A DNA stretch of 64,000 nt from Puniceicoccales bacterium (lineage in GTDB: Bacteria > Verrucomicrobiota > Verrucomicrobiia > Opitutales > JAIRLM01), in assembly GCA_031268795.1 (NCBI GenBank), contig JAIRWT010000008.1, forward strand, positions 2,487-66,486, written 5' to 3'. The notes below the pieces were generated by a model. That model had not been told where the DNA came from and ran no database searches. It worked only from the letters and a program-made list of their open reading frames with translations. The position numbers and the translations under genes were made by a program. Below are positions 46,391 through 55,998 of the stretch, piece by piece. The stretch's first letter is position 1. Each line of letters starts with the position of its first letter.

Positions 46391-47200
46391 TCAATCTTCT
46401 TGGTCAGTCTGATTTCCGTCCTCCCCTTCTTCTCCTTGTTCTTGGATCTCAGGAGGTCTGCTCGCATAGGGATATATCCTTCCATGAATGAATGCACTTA
46501 TAATGAATCCCAACAGAAATGAGCCGGCTGCGCAAAGGGACTTATTCAAAGTGGAGGCCATTAAAAATGTTGCCACGCAGCCAAGTGATGGGATGGCCGG
46601 CAAAAGATATGGTATCACAAAAGGAATAAATATATAATAAAAACCACCAAGAAAGCATGTTCCTCCAAGCATACCAACCGCCGCAGAACTTAGGTGCGAA
46701 TCTCTAGCAGCCGTAGCAACAACCTGGGTGAGCCTATGTGCTCTTTCCGATAATTTTTTCGGTGAAATTAATTGTCCTTTATGGTGTAATTCGGCTTCTT
46801 CTTTTAAAAAATCGTCCCGGGTTGCAGATTGATTACTATCCGCGTAGCGCCCATACATTTCCTCAAAGTCACGATCAAACTTCTCCTGGTTGTTAATAGC
46901 ATGCTGATAGGTATCGCGAGAATCTTTTTTGCGGAAACGCGGTTCAAGCATAGTATATAGATTTATGTAGAGGGCGGATTTATGTGCAAGCAAAAAGCAA
47001 ACGTCGGCAAAAAGGCAAAGAGATAAACACAGTATATAATTTGGGAGTAAGCGCGTAAAAGAAAAAGGGATTACGTGAATTTCAAAAATTCCTGCAATTT
47101 TTTCGCCGGCATGGTTAGCTTTGAAATATTTGTCTGCAATGATTCTGAGGCACCAACTGTAAGTTGTGTGCCGTTGGTTTTGATTTTTGCGATCGGTCAT
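46391..47200 (-). CDS. Hypothetical membrane protein with a clustered C-terminal hydrophobic domain and an acidic tail
   Basis: AAVGMLGGTCFLGGFYYIFIPFVIPYLLPAIPSLGCVATFLMA...SFLLGFIISAFIHG, then EIQEQGEEGEDGNQTDQED. An alternative start at Met84 (46951) is possible. Confidence 0.5.
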   Translation of the reverse strand: MTDRKNQNQRHTTYSWCLRIIADKYFKANHAGEKIAGIFEIHVIPFSFTRLLPNYILCLSLCLFADVCFLLAHKSALYINLYTMLEPRFRKKDSRDTYQHAINNQEKFDRDFEEMYGRYADSNQSATRDDFLKEEAELHHKGQLISPKKLSERAHRLTQVVATAARDSHLSSAAVGMLGGTCFLGGFYYIFIPFVIPYLLPAIPSLGCVATFLMASTLNKSLCAAGSFLLGFIISAFIHGRIYPYASRPPEIQEQGEEGEDGNQTDQED

Positions 47201-47209
47201 GATTTATAA

Positions 47210-47704
47210 TCATTCGCAAATGAGAACTTTCGTGCCCAAAGGAGTTTGACTGTGTAGCTCAATCACATCATCACTACTCAAAACAATGCATCCGCAACCG
47301 CTCGGTGCCCCCAAGGCATGCTCATGGCAAGTCCCGTGTATGTAAACGTATCGCAGAAAGGTGTCACAGCAAAGGCCTTCATTGGTAATGCCGCTGTTAA
47401 AACCGTCCTCCAGGCCGCGCATGCGTAAAATGCGTGTGACAACGTAATTTCTTTGATGCCAATCTTCTATTTGCGTAAAGTGTTTTTCCTGTGAAACGCG
47501 GCCGATGAATACGTTCCCTGCCGGGGCGCCATCGCCATATTTTTCACAAATCTCATGCCAACCAAGTGGCGTGCCGAAAGAATCTTTTATGTTGCCCGGG
47601 GATTTTATTCCGGTAGATATGACGTATTCTTTAACGCTATTCTGGGATTGGAGCAGGAGCCGTTGTCGCGAAATGGAAATGTAAATAAAAGTCAGCGGCT
47701 GCAT
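47210..47704 (-). CDS. L,D-transpeptidase (YkuD) domain protein
   Basis: TPLGWHEI..., YVYIHGT...GAPSGCGCIVLSSDDVIEL matches the HG...S.GC(I/V) catalytic motif. Confidence 0.72.
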   Translation of the reverse strand: MQPLTFIYISISRQRLLLQSQNSVKEYVISTGIKSPGNIKDSFGTPLGWHEICEKYGDGAPAGNVFIGRVSQEKHFTQIEDWHQRNYVVTRILRMRGLEDGFNSGITNEGLCCDTFLRYVYIHGTCHEHALGAPSGCGCIVLSSDDVIELHSQTPLGTKVLICE

Positions 47705-47796
47705 AGGGAAAAATCATTTGCGCGATAAAATTATGCAAGCCTCTAATCAGCAATCTAGACTGCGCAAAATTTTTGAAACTTGCTTTGGATTCCTTG

Positions 47797-49149
47797 TCAA
47801 ATCGCACCATTGCGGAATCGCGGAAGCCAGTGGCAGCGATAGCGCAGGGAGAAAACGACTACAATTATCGCCTGACTCACCGCTTCAATGGCCAAAAATG
47901 ATGCGGCATTGTGAGTCATCCGAAGGGCTAGATAGCTTGGGGCCACGACAACGAAGGAATAGCAGATGATGCTGGCGATCATAGAGAAGACCGTATCGCC
48001 GAAGGCGGTAAGCATATTTCGCAGATTAAAGCCAAATGCTTCTGCGCCTATGGCTAACCAGCTCAGTAGCATCATGTATCTGAGCAAATGGTAAAAAGTT
48101 GGTGGCATGTCGCGTCGAATTATTAGCCAGAAAAATGGTTTTGGATAAACGACCATGACTATGAAAGTGATAGCCATTACCGCGCACGACAGTTTAATCC
48201 ATGAATGCATATTTGCCTCGATCATATGCCAATTTTTAGCGCCAAACGCATTGGAATCGATGGTGTCCACCGCCTGGCCTATGCCCTCGATAAGAAAAAA
48301 AAGTGCCGTGTAAACCGTATGACTAACTCCGAAGGCCGCGAAATTGCTAGCATCCACATATGTTGCAACAACCTGCAGAATCCAGCTCCAAAGAAAAAAG
48401 TTAATAAACGCGCTAATGGCATTCGGGGCGCCAACACTCAGACAGCTCAAAAAAATATCACGATTGAATCGCCAACAATTTGTGCCATATTGCTCGCGAT
48501 TGGATTTTTGAAAGAACAAAATTAACCAAAAAATAACGGCGGCCAAGTCCGCCAAAATAGTTCCCCAGGCGGCGCCGACAATTCCAAGTTTCGGAAATGG
48601 CCCGAGTCCAAAGACGAGGGTGCAATCAAATAGGAGATTAAGGAAATTGCAGATGAAAACTACGTAAAAAACCAGTTTTGTCTTTCCGCGTCCGGAAAAG
48701 AAAGCGGGCAAAATGCAAAAGCCAATCACTCCAAGTGGGACGCCGGAAATTAAAACGGCAAGGTATGGTGTTCCTAATTCTCGAACGCATGAAGCCAACA
48801 GGTGTGGGGCGAGAAAAATACCAATCGGTATCAGTGGGATAAAAAGCATCAGGCCAAACCAGAGCATCTGCCAAATCGTGGATCCGATTTTGTGATAATC
48901 GCCGCTTCCATTGAACCGGCCGACGAAAACATTTGCAATAAAAGCGATACTGGCACCGGTGACGAAGGCCGTCCACACCCATGGTAAGACGGCGACGTTG
49001 GCATTGAATGCCTCCTGCGAATAGTGCGCCAGTACTAGGCGATCTCCGAGCGTCATTAGCGTTGTTGATGCCGCGGCAAGCACTAGTGGCCAAGCAATGA
49101 TCCATAGTTCGCGTACGGAACCACTGGGGTATTTTGTTAAAGGGCTCAT
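47797..49149 (-). CDS. MATE-family efflux transporter
   Basis: 450 aa and about 12 TM. The N-terminal ELWIIAWPLVLAAASTTLMTLGDRLVLAHYS pattern is typical of MATE/NorM proteins. Confidence 0.8.
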   Translation of the reverse strand: MSPLTKYPSGSVRELWIIAWPLVLAAASTTLMTLGDRLVLAHYSQEAFNANVAVLPWVWTAFVTGASIAFIANVFVGRFNGSGDYHKIGSTIWQMLWFGLMLFIPLIPIGIFLAPHLLASCVRELGTPYLAVLISGVPLGVIGFCILPAFFSGRGKTKLVFYVVFICNFLNLLFDCTLVFGLGPFPKLGIVGAAWGTILADLAAVIFWLILFFQKSNREQYGTNCWRFNRDIFLSCLSVGAPNAISAFINFFLWSWILQVVATYVDASNFAAFGVSHTVYTALFFLIEGIGQAVDTIDSNAFGAKNWHMIEANMHSWIKLSCAVMAITFIVMVVYPKPFFWLIIRRDMPPTFYHLLRYMMLLSWLAIGAEAFGFNLRNMLTAFGDTVFSMIASIICYSFVVVAPSYLALRMTHNAASFLAIEAVSQAIIVVVFSLRYRCHWLPRFRNGAI

Positions 49150-49239
49150 AAAACAGAGTTTGTCTCAACGGGACACGCCGTTCACCCAGCTATTACGGGA
49201 AAAGTTTTGGGACAAGCTTAAACCTGCTATCCGGAAAAT

Positions 49240-49282
49240 CAAGGCTTGTCTATTTACCAAGTTGCTTACGAGACAAGCCTTG
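49240..49282 (-). terminator. 12-bp perfect hairpin spanning the stop codon of the activator-like gene; possible terminator or attenuator
   Basis: CAAGGCTTGTCT (49240-49251) pairs with AGACAAGCCTTG (49271-49282) across a 19-nt loop. On the minus strand it is followed by GATTTTCC. The U-tract is short. Confidence 0.35.
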
Positions 49283-50290
49283 TGCTCGGAGAAATTTGTT
49301 AACGGCTTGAGGTGAAACACCCAACATTTCGGCGCAACGGGATTGATTATAATCAGATCGCTCGAGTGCATGCCAAATAATTTTTTGCCGTAGATTTCCC
49401 AAAAAATCTTCCAAGTTAAATCCGATACTCAGTTCCGGAAGTGACATACTGATATTTGTGCTTTTCAATTCTTCATCAACTATTTTTTCGTCAAAACTAA
49501 TGTCATCCATTGCCCCGTGGAGTTTTTCAATTACAGCATACAGGGAGTGAAAATTTTGCGGATATTCCTTGGTGGCCAACTGTTCCAATGTCCCAACGGA
49601 AATTCGTTTGGCAGTTCCATGTTCCTGGTTGAGTGCGCGAATTTTTGCCAAAATGTGTTTTTGTACGTCACTGCGCCGCTCGCGAAGGGATGGCACATGG
49701 ACAACGCCACTTTGAAGTATCGGCTTAAGTTTGGGGCCGCACGATACCAGGAGCCTTGGAAAGGCCTGAATATCAATGGTAATTATTGGACGTGGATGCT
49801 GGGTGGGATTATGGAGTAAAAATTTAGCGAGAAGTTCATGGCAGAGGCTTTTGGGGAGGAGTTCCGGGCGATCAATTATAACCGTTTGTTGACGATAGGC
49901 CTCAACATTTTCGAGGTACGCATCTATACGAAAACATCTTGCTCCATTTTTCACAATTGAGTCGCATGACAAAAACAAACATCCGACTTCCGATGAGGTT
50001 GTTAAACGGTGTAGAAATGATGCGAATTTTTTCTTACCGACACCTGGCTGTCCGATGAAAATGACTGGTGCATGGATTTTCGAAAGATCATATACGCGAG
50101 CTATGAGATCAGCGATTGGTTGCGAATCACCATCAAGACCCATGCTCATGCGTAATTCTTCTACAAACAGTGGAACATTGAGTTGCAGTCTTCCGAAGTC
50201 TGAAATTTCGCCTGCGCCCTGATGGGCAACGCGGCTTGTTCTAGCCTCCGGTTGCTTATTGGTATTTAAATATCCCATAACGACACTCAA
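49250..50290 (-). CDS. Sigma-54 activator (bEBP)-derived regulator with a degenerate AAA+ core and a C-terminal Fis-type HTH
   Basis: Walker A GQPGVGKK, VHVPSLRERRSDV (compare IPPLRER), YPQNFHSLYAVIE (compare WPGNVRELENVIE), HTH SRCAEMLGVSPQAVNKFL. No GAFTGA segment was found. DR replaces the Walker B DE. Confidence 0.68.
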   Translation of the reverse strand: MSVVMGYLNTNKQPEARTSRVAHQGAGEISDFGRLQLNVPLFVEELRMSMGLDGDSQPIADLIARVYDLSKIHAPVIFIGQPGVGKKKFASFLHRLTTSSEVGCLFLSCDSIVKNGARCFRIDAYLENVEAYRQQTVIIDRPELLPKSLCHELLAKFLLHNPTQHPRPIITIDIQAFPRLLVSCGPKLKPILQSGVVHVPSLRERRSDVQKHILAKIRALNQEHGTAKRISVGTLEQLATKEYPQNFHSLYAVIEKLHGAMDDISFDEKIVDEELKSTNISMSLPELSIGFNLEDFLGNLRQKIIWHALERSDYNQSRCAEMLGVSPQAVNKFLRAQGLSRKQLGK

Positions 50291-50514
50291 TCATCGAATG
50301 AATATGTGCTGCCCATCAAGCAGAAAAAGCACATAGATCAGTTCGAGAAAAAGTAAGCCTTTGTTTGTCTGGCGTGTGCAAAAAGTGGATAAGCCAAAGC
50401 GATTTGGTGGCGTTTCCATTTTTTTAAACAAATCTCTCTCGCGCGCAAAATAACAGCGGCAATCCGTTCCGCACCCAGAAATTTCTGGAGGGCGGGATAA
50501 AATTTATGGCATCG

Positions 50515-50528
50515 TTTTTTTTTTTTTT
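50515..50528. repeat. T14 homopolymer in the divergent promoter region
   Basis: Read directly. It lies between the activator-like gene (start 50290, minus strand) and the ATG at 50581 (plus strand). Confidence 0.95.
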
Positions 50529-50580
50529 ACAAACCAAGTCAATTTTAGTACAGAGTCTCAAAATTGTAAATAACTGGCGA

Positions 50581-51309
50581 ATGACTACAAAAGTACAAAT
50601 AATAAATGTTAATGCGACGGATTTTAGTAAACTGTCCGGTGCGTCCGACGCGGATGGGGCTGCGGCAGCTCGTCCGTGTGCTCTTCTGACTGGAGAGGGA
50701 TTACTGTGTATTGTGCGATGTGACCCACTGTCGACGGTGTCTGAATTGCCGGTAGGCTTGGAACGCATATCCGTGACTGATCCACGTTTTTCGCTCATGG
50801 AATGGCTTATTGGAAACTCGTTTAGCGAATCTGCCATAAGTCGCGCCATGGGGATAACGGACGGAAATATTATCTTCTATGGCGAAGATGGAAATACCAT
50901 TTCGGCAAGCGAAGCCGCTAAAAACCCCAAGAAAGTTACGCATGTCTGCATCGCGAATTCCAATGACGGCAAATCGTCGGTGTTTGCCGTCACTAATATG
51001 CGAGCCTTCCGGAGGGTTGTGCGCAAACGTGGTGATGGCGCAAAAGTAACATATTCCTTCATGCTGCCGAACTCATCGGAGATTAGCAGCTCGGAAATTC
51101 CGCCGCAGGATGATACATGGCGACAGTTTCTTCAAACGATCTCCCGATGCTTTTTAACAACCGGGGTTGGGGCCGTCGTTACGTTACTCAGTATTCTCAT
51201 CTCTGCCTTTTTGATGGGGAATCCCTTCTCGCCAGCGGCTGCGATCGCATCCGGGATTACGTTTCTTATTTTTACAGCCATGGGTCTGGCAATCTACGCC
51301 ATGGTATAA
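50581..51309 (+). CDS. Hypothetical protein with a C-terminal bilobed hydrophobic (Inc-like) domain
   Basis: GVGAVVTLLSILISAFLMG-NPFSP-AAAIASGITFLIFTAMGLAIYAMV at the extreme C-terminus. Start at ATG 50581; the track ORF starts at 50506 and would read through the T14 tract. Confidence 0.5.
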   Translation: MTTKVQIINVNATDFSKLSGASDADGAAAARPCALLTGEGLLCIVRCDPLSTVSELPVGLERISVTDPRFSLMEWLIGNSFSESAISRAMGITDGNIIFYGEDGNTISASEAAKNPKKVTHVCIANSNDGKSSVFAVTNMRAFRRVVRKRGDGAKVTYSFMLPNSSEISSSEIPPQDDTWRQFLQTISRCFLTTGVGAVVTLLSILISAFLMGNPFSPAAAIASGITFLIFTAMGLAIYAMV

Positions 51310-51406
51310 AATGTTATTACTTGGGGCCGCCGCCAATTAGGTAGGGAGCCCTATGGGTTGCGCACAAAATGCGCGACATTTTCGATGAAGCATTCAGAAT
51401 ACCGAC

Positions 51407-53236
51407 GTGTTTTGCCGCTTGTTGCTTATCGTTTTGCTGTCCGCAAAATTGGGAGGTTTCACATTTGCCCTGGAAGATTTCCTCTGGGGTGACGTGGCTC
51501 TGGCTCAAAAAATTTATTCCACGCAAATTGTCGAAGGCGAAGCGAGTACCGCGGACATGGATGTTGGCTCTTCCGCGCGAGAGGTAATTCGCCAAAAATT
51601 ATTCAAGGAAACCGACCAGGCCTGGGGTGTGGAAATGCGAGAAATTGTTCGTCCGAAAGAATCTCCACCGCTTGAGGACGAGCTTTCTAGCCTTGGGATA
51701 AAATTGAGCTCCATTGTTATTCCAAAAATTGCCTTCAATAATGTGCCAGTGCGCCATGTGCTCGACACGCTGGTGGATTTGGCGGAAAAACTTGATGTCG
51801 ATGAGAGTGGCATCAACATCATCCTGCTCGATGAGCCCTCGGAAACGGCATGCATCACTTTGGCTCTCCGCCAGATTTCATTAGGTAAAATAATTGAGCA
51901 TGTGGCGCAAATAATTGGATATGAATTCGATATTGAGGATGATGCCGTCATTTTGAGTTCGGCGGAAAAAAACCGCACACGTTTGCGTACGCAATTTTTC
52001 CCGGTCTCCAGGGCCGCCGTGGCACACCTAACTAATTTGCGCACGAGAATGGACTCCAAAGATCTGGGGAACCAGGAGCAGATCAAGCGGGAGGAAGAAC
52101 TGTTGCGCTCTTTTTTACAAAACGCTGGCATTGATTTTATTTCCGCTTGCGGAGCGACGCTCGCCTTCGATGGAAGTCAGCTAATTGTAACGCAAACGCC
52201 GCGTAATCTCAGACGCATTCGGCAAATTTTGTCCCATTACGCGAAAATTAAGCAGGTGGAAATTGAAACAAAATTCATCGAGGTTCAGAATGGGCTCCTG
52301 GAAGAATTGCAATTCCAGTTGTCATTGGAAAATCAACATGTGTCCGTACAAACGGGCGATTCCACACGTACTTTAGCGCAGGCCTTTGCTCCAGCCGCTG
52401 GAGCCTCCGGCGGAGGAAAAATTACCGATGGTAAAGATGGGATATCGATTCCAAATCAAGCCCCAATTTTACCAAATTTGGCAAATTTGAGCCAAGCGAT
52501 GGTCCCACTTGGAGAGGTGTTTGGCATTATTAAGGGTGCGCAAATTCACAGCGTGATACGTGCCCTGGAGCAGCACACCGGGTCTGATTTAATGAGTGCC
52601 CCCAAGGTGACCGTCCTCTCGGGAAAGACCGCGGAGATCGTCGTTGCTCAGGAAATGCGCTATCCAGAGGCATACGACGAAATTCAATCCTCCGTTGGCA
52701 TGGGTTCATCACTGGGTGCGACTACATCCGCCGGTGTGACCATTACCGCCGGAACTCCACGAAATTTTAAGACCCGCAATATTGGCGTTGAGATGGTCGT
52801 TACTCCATTTGTGGAGGATGACGATAAGATTACGCTTCAGTTAGAACCAACGGTAACCGAGTTTGAACGTTTCGTGGAATATGGCGGTGCGAGTGTGGCT
52901 GTTGCCGGCAATACAACGGTGACCATTCCGTCTGGGTTTTATCAACCAGTTTTTACCACACGTAAAATTCGCACGGAGTTGACCATTGAAAATGGGGCGA
53001 CCGTGGTGATGGGCGGATTAACCCGCGAAGAAGTAAAGCAGACGCGGGATAAGGTACCGCTACTCGGAGATATTCCCGTGGTGGGTAAGTTATTCCGTTC
53101 CCGCGGAAATATTTCACAGAAGCGAAATTTGCTCATTTTTGTCACCGCGCGACTTGTGGATCCGCAGGGGGCAGGAGGTGTGGACGGCGAAGTTATTTTC
53201 CCGCCGCCGGGGAAGAATCACCAGCGCCGCCATTGA
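51407..53236 (+). CDS. Secretin-family outer-membrane channel (type II/III secretion system protein family)
   Basis: N-terminal STN/N0-like module (KIAFNNVPVRHVLDTLVDLA...ITLALRQISLGKIIEHVAQIIGYEF). Secretin core KQVEIETKFIEV, LMSAPKVTVLSGKTAEI, VPLLGDIPVVGKLFRS...NLLIFVTARLV. GTG start. Confidence 0.8.
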   Translation: MFCRLLLIVLLSAKLGGFTFALEDFLWGDVALAQKIYSTQIVEGEASTADMDVGSSAREVIRQKLFKETDQAWGVEMREIVRPKESPPLEDELSSLGIKLSSIVIPKIAFNNVPVRHVLDTLVDLAEKLDVDESGINIILLDEPSETACITLALRQISLGKIIEHVAQIIGYEFDIEDDAVILSSAEKNRTRLRTQFFPVSRAAVAHLTNLRTRMDSKDLGNQEQIKREEELLRSFLQNAGIDFISACGATLAFDGSQLIVTQTPRNLRRIRQILSHYAKIKQVEIETKFIEVQNGLLEELQFQLSLENQHVSVQTGDSTRTLAQAFAPAAGASGGGKITDGKDGISIPNQAPILPNLANLSQAMVPLGEVFGIIKGAQIHSVIRALEQHTGSDLMSAPKVTVLSGKTAEIVVAQEMRYPEAYDEIQSSVGMGSSLGATTSAGVTITAGTPRNFKTRNIGVEMVVTPFVEDDDKITLQLEPTVTEFERFVEYGGASVAVAGNTTVTIPSGFYQPVFTTRKIRTELTIENGATVVMGGLTREEVKQTRDKVPLLGDIPVVGKLFRSRGNISQKRNLLIFVTARLVDPQGAGGVDGEVIFPPPGKNHQRRH

Positions 53237-53308
53237 CAACATGATCGAGAGGAGCTCCATGTCATTTTTCCTTGTTTTTAAGGCACGGGGCCGACAAAAT
53301 GTTCGCCA

Positions 53309-55102
53309 ATGGGTGCTTTGGTGGGCCGCGTCTTTGTCGTGATGCTGGTGGGGGTTATTGGATTGGCCTCCCCGGGTTTTGCCGCGACTGAGCAGGACGT
53401 ACGAATTGCGGCCCATTTCGAGCCGACGGAAATCTTTGTTCGCCAAAGTTCTCAACTGGTCGTTGATGTCTATGGCCCAGCACGGCAGACGATAGAGCCG
53501 CAGATTTGCCTAGACGATGTCAACATACAGCGCTTGCAGGCAGTCTATGAGACTCAGCCGGATGGCCGATTCCACAGCCGATTTATATACCGAATAACCC
53601 CGTGGGGTGTGGGAAAATTTACCGTTAATTCCTCTTTTGTTTTAGTTGATGGCCAACTTGTCGCGATTCCGGCGGCTACGCTGATCGTTCGCGAAGACGT
53701 TGTTGCATTGGAAGAAGCCATTGCAAAATATCCGCACATTGCCACGCTTGGGGTGGATGTTGCCGAAAAAACTTTGTTCTTGGGGCAGACGATTCCGGCG
53801 GAAATTACCCTTTCCGTACAAAAAGGTGTGCATTTTCGCATGAGTGCATCGAATCCGGAGAGGATATCAGGTCCATTTCGAGTGGGAAGTGGTATAGATG
53901 CGGCCGTAGGCAACTACTTCCAGGTGCATAGCGAGAATTTGCTGGAAAAACACTGGCGAACCATAGTTACGCCCACGCGGCTTGGCCGGCGGGAGCTAGC
54001 ATTCGCATGTGGAATTTCCGTCGTTTTACCGGAAGAGGTAACACCGCAAAATTCCGCCCGTTTTTTTGAACAGGGAACCAAATGGGTGCCGCTAACGGTG
54101 ACATCGCCACAGTGTCCCATTTCGGTCATTCCACTTCCCGATGAAAAACGCCCAAAAAATTTTCCAGGAGCCATTGGGCAATTTAAGCTTTTGCCGGCAC
54201 GCGTGCAAGCATCCGCGGCGCGAAAGGTTGGAAGGCCCATAGAAGTGGCTTTTGTCGTTGAGGGCGAGGGGAATTTAGAAGGCGTGGGCATACCGGATCT
54301 TTCGTTAGATTCCGCATGGAGACTCTATCGTTCGCGGAAGATTGTGGAGCCAGCGGACCGGCTTGGATTTTCCGGGAAAATTACATTCATCTACACGCTA
54401 ATTCCCCAACGGCCGGACGCACTTTCCGTTCCCACATTTATATTTTCATATTTTGATCCAGATGTACGCAAATACGTAACGCTGATCTATGAAATAGAAA
54501 ATCCGTTGACCTTTGCCTCCCGTGGTCAAACAGGTAAAAATTCCGACGGCAGTAAACGTACACTCGGGGCGGTTCTCGCAGAAAAATTACCCCTACGAAT
54601 TCCGCGTGAATCTGCGATTGGGAGTTTTGCATCCATTCTTGGTAATTATACTTTTTGGGTTTTCCAGGGGTTTATTTTGTGGCTCTACGTGTGGTGTGTT
54701 CTAAATCTTTGGCGCCGCCACCGACGGGAGCAATACGGATTTTTTCATCTGCATGGGATACGATCGCCGGAAATAAAGGCGCTACTTTTTAAGGCGCGCA
54801 GGGCTTTGGTGGATGCGGATCAGGCACTTTTTTATGACTGTCTGCGGCAGGCCATCTTGTCCACTTTAAATTATATGATACGACACAACAAGGCGCGGCT
54901 ATCAGTCTATGGAGTTTTGGAAATTTTTAGATCATCGAAGGACGGGCAGTGGGTGGAATATTTTGAAAAAATACGCCGATTCCTCGTTGCCGCCGAGGAC
55001 ATTCACAATCCGCATGTCCCATGGCTTGCTAGGCGCCACTGTGAAAAAAATTGGGCGGATGTGGTCCATCTTATTGAAGCCCTGCAGGAGGTCTCACTAT
55101 GA
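53309..55102 (+). CDS. BatD-like protein (aerotolerance-operon BatD family), signal peptide plus a C-proximal TM
   Basis: 597 aa. Three repeated beta-rich modules (FIYRITPWGVGKFTV..., GAIGQFKLLP..., FIFSYFDPDVRKYVTL), then TM FWVFQGFILWLYVWCVLNLW and a cytoplasmic tail. The architecture matches BatD. Confidence 0.55.
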   Translation: MGALVGRVFVVMLVGVIGLASPGFAATEQDVRIAAHFEPTEIFVRQSSQLVVDVYGPARQTIEPQICLDDVNIQRLQAVYETQPDGRFHSRFIYRITPWGVGKFTVNSSFVLVDGQLVAIPAATLIVREDVVALEEAIAKYPHIATLGVDVAEKTLFLGQTIPAEITLSVQKGVHFRMSASNPERISGPFRVGSGIDAAVGNYFQVHSENLLEKHWRTIVTPTRLGRRELAFACGISVVLPEEVTPQNSARFFEQGTKWVPLTVTSPQCPISVIPLPDEKRPKNFPGAIGQFKLLPARVQASAARKVGRPIEVAFVVEGEGNLEGVGIPDLSLDSAWRLYRSRKIVEPADRLGFSGKITFIYTLIPQRPDALSVPTFIFSYFDPDVRKYVTLIYEIENPLTFASRGQTGKNSDGSKRTLGAVLAEKLPLRIPRESAIGSFASILGNYTFWVFQGFILWLYVWCVLNLWRRHRREQYGFFHLHGIRSPEIKALLFKARRALVDADQALFYDCLRQAILSTLNYMIRHNKARLSVYGVLEIFRSSKDGQWVEYFEKIRRFLVAAEDIHNPHVPWLARRHCEKNWADVVHLIEALQEVSL

Positions 55103-55830
55103 AGCGAGTGGTCGGAATTTTGTTCCTAATCATTTTAAGTGCTACGGCTTTGACCGCTGGTGTGGATGAAACGTTGTCCATCGCCGCCGGTGCGGCTTAC
55201 GATCGCGGCGATTACGCTGATGCGATTCAGCTTTATTCCCAAATCCCAATCCGCGACAAATCCGCGGAGATTTTTGCTAACCTTGCCCTTGCGGAGGCGC
55301 ATTTGGGTCATCTGGGGCCTTGCATTCTCAACTTGCGCCATGCGCTCGCTTTGGTTCCCAATGATTCAGTTCTTTGGGGTGCGCTTGATGCCGTGCTTGA
55401 TTTTGCCGCCTTGCCCCATCCTTGCCAGTGCTGGCGGCATCGTTTTGCCAGTGCCTTTTCGCCTAACGGATGGATTCTCGTATTCGTTGGTGCTTTTTGG
55501 CTCGGACTTTTTGCGCTGAGCATCTATCCCTTGGTTGCTCATCTTCGTCGCTATTTGCTCTCCATCGGAATTTTAAGTCTTTTTTTCAATGCTGCCGCGA
55601 TCATTGGCATGAGAGCCATGGATTCTATGTTGGATGACGCCATTGTGGTGCGTGCAGCTCCGACATACGATGTACCGAGTGAAAATGTGCCGCCCGTTTT
55701 CTTTCTTAAGGAGGGGGAGGCCGTGCACATCAATGGGCAGGTCAACAATTTACTATTTATTGAGACATTATCAAAAAAGACGTTCTACACGTCGTGCACA
55801 ACTTGCAAACCGGTTATCCCAATTCCATGA
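55099..55830 (+). CDS. TPR plus TM plus SH3b-like protein (BatE-like)
   Basis: Its start overlaps the BatD-like stop (ATGA). Signal peptide, TPR (YDRGDYADAIQLYSQI...ANLALAEAHLG), two TMs, and C-terminal VVRAAPTYDVPSENVPPVFFLKEGEAVHING. Confidence 0.5.
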   Translation: MKRVVGILFLIILSATALTAGVDETLSIAAGAAYDRGDYADAIQLYSQIPIRDKSAEIFANLALAEAHLGHLGPCILNLRHALALVPNDSVLWGALDAVLDFAALPHPCQCWRHRFASAFSPNGWILVFVGAFWLGLFALSIYPLVAHLRRYLLSIGILSLFFNAAAIIGMRAMDSMLDDAIVVRAAPTYDVPSENVPPVFFLKEGEAVHINGQVNNLLFIETLSKKTFYTSCTTCKPVIPIP

Positions 55831-55998
55831 TGGAATGTATTTTGTGAATGCTCTCGAAATTTTTGCTGTGAAACAAAAATTTTTCTTGAATGCATGGTTT
55901 ATTCCTATCTATAAAGCATACGTGAGTTTCGGTCGCTGGCGATCATAGATGTGCGAGTCGCTTTCGCAGGGGCCAACGAGTCTTAGGAGGAATAGTTA

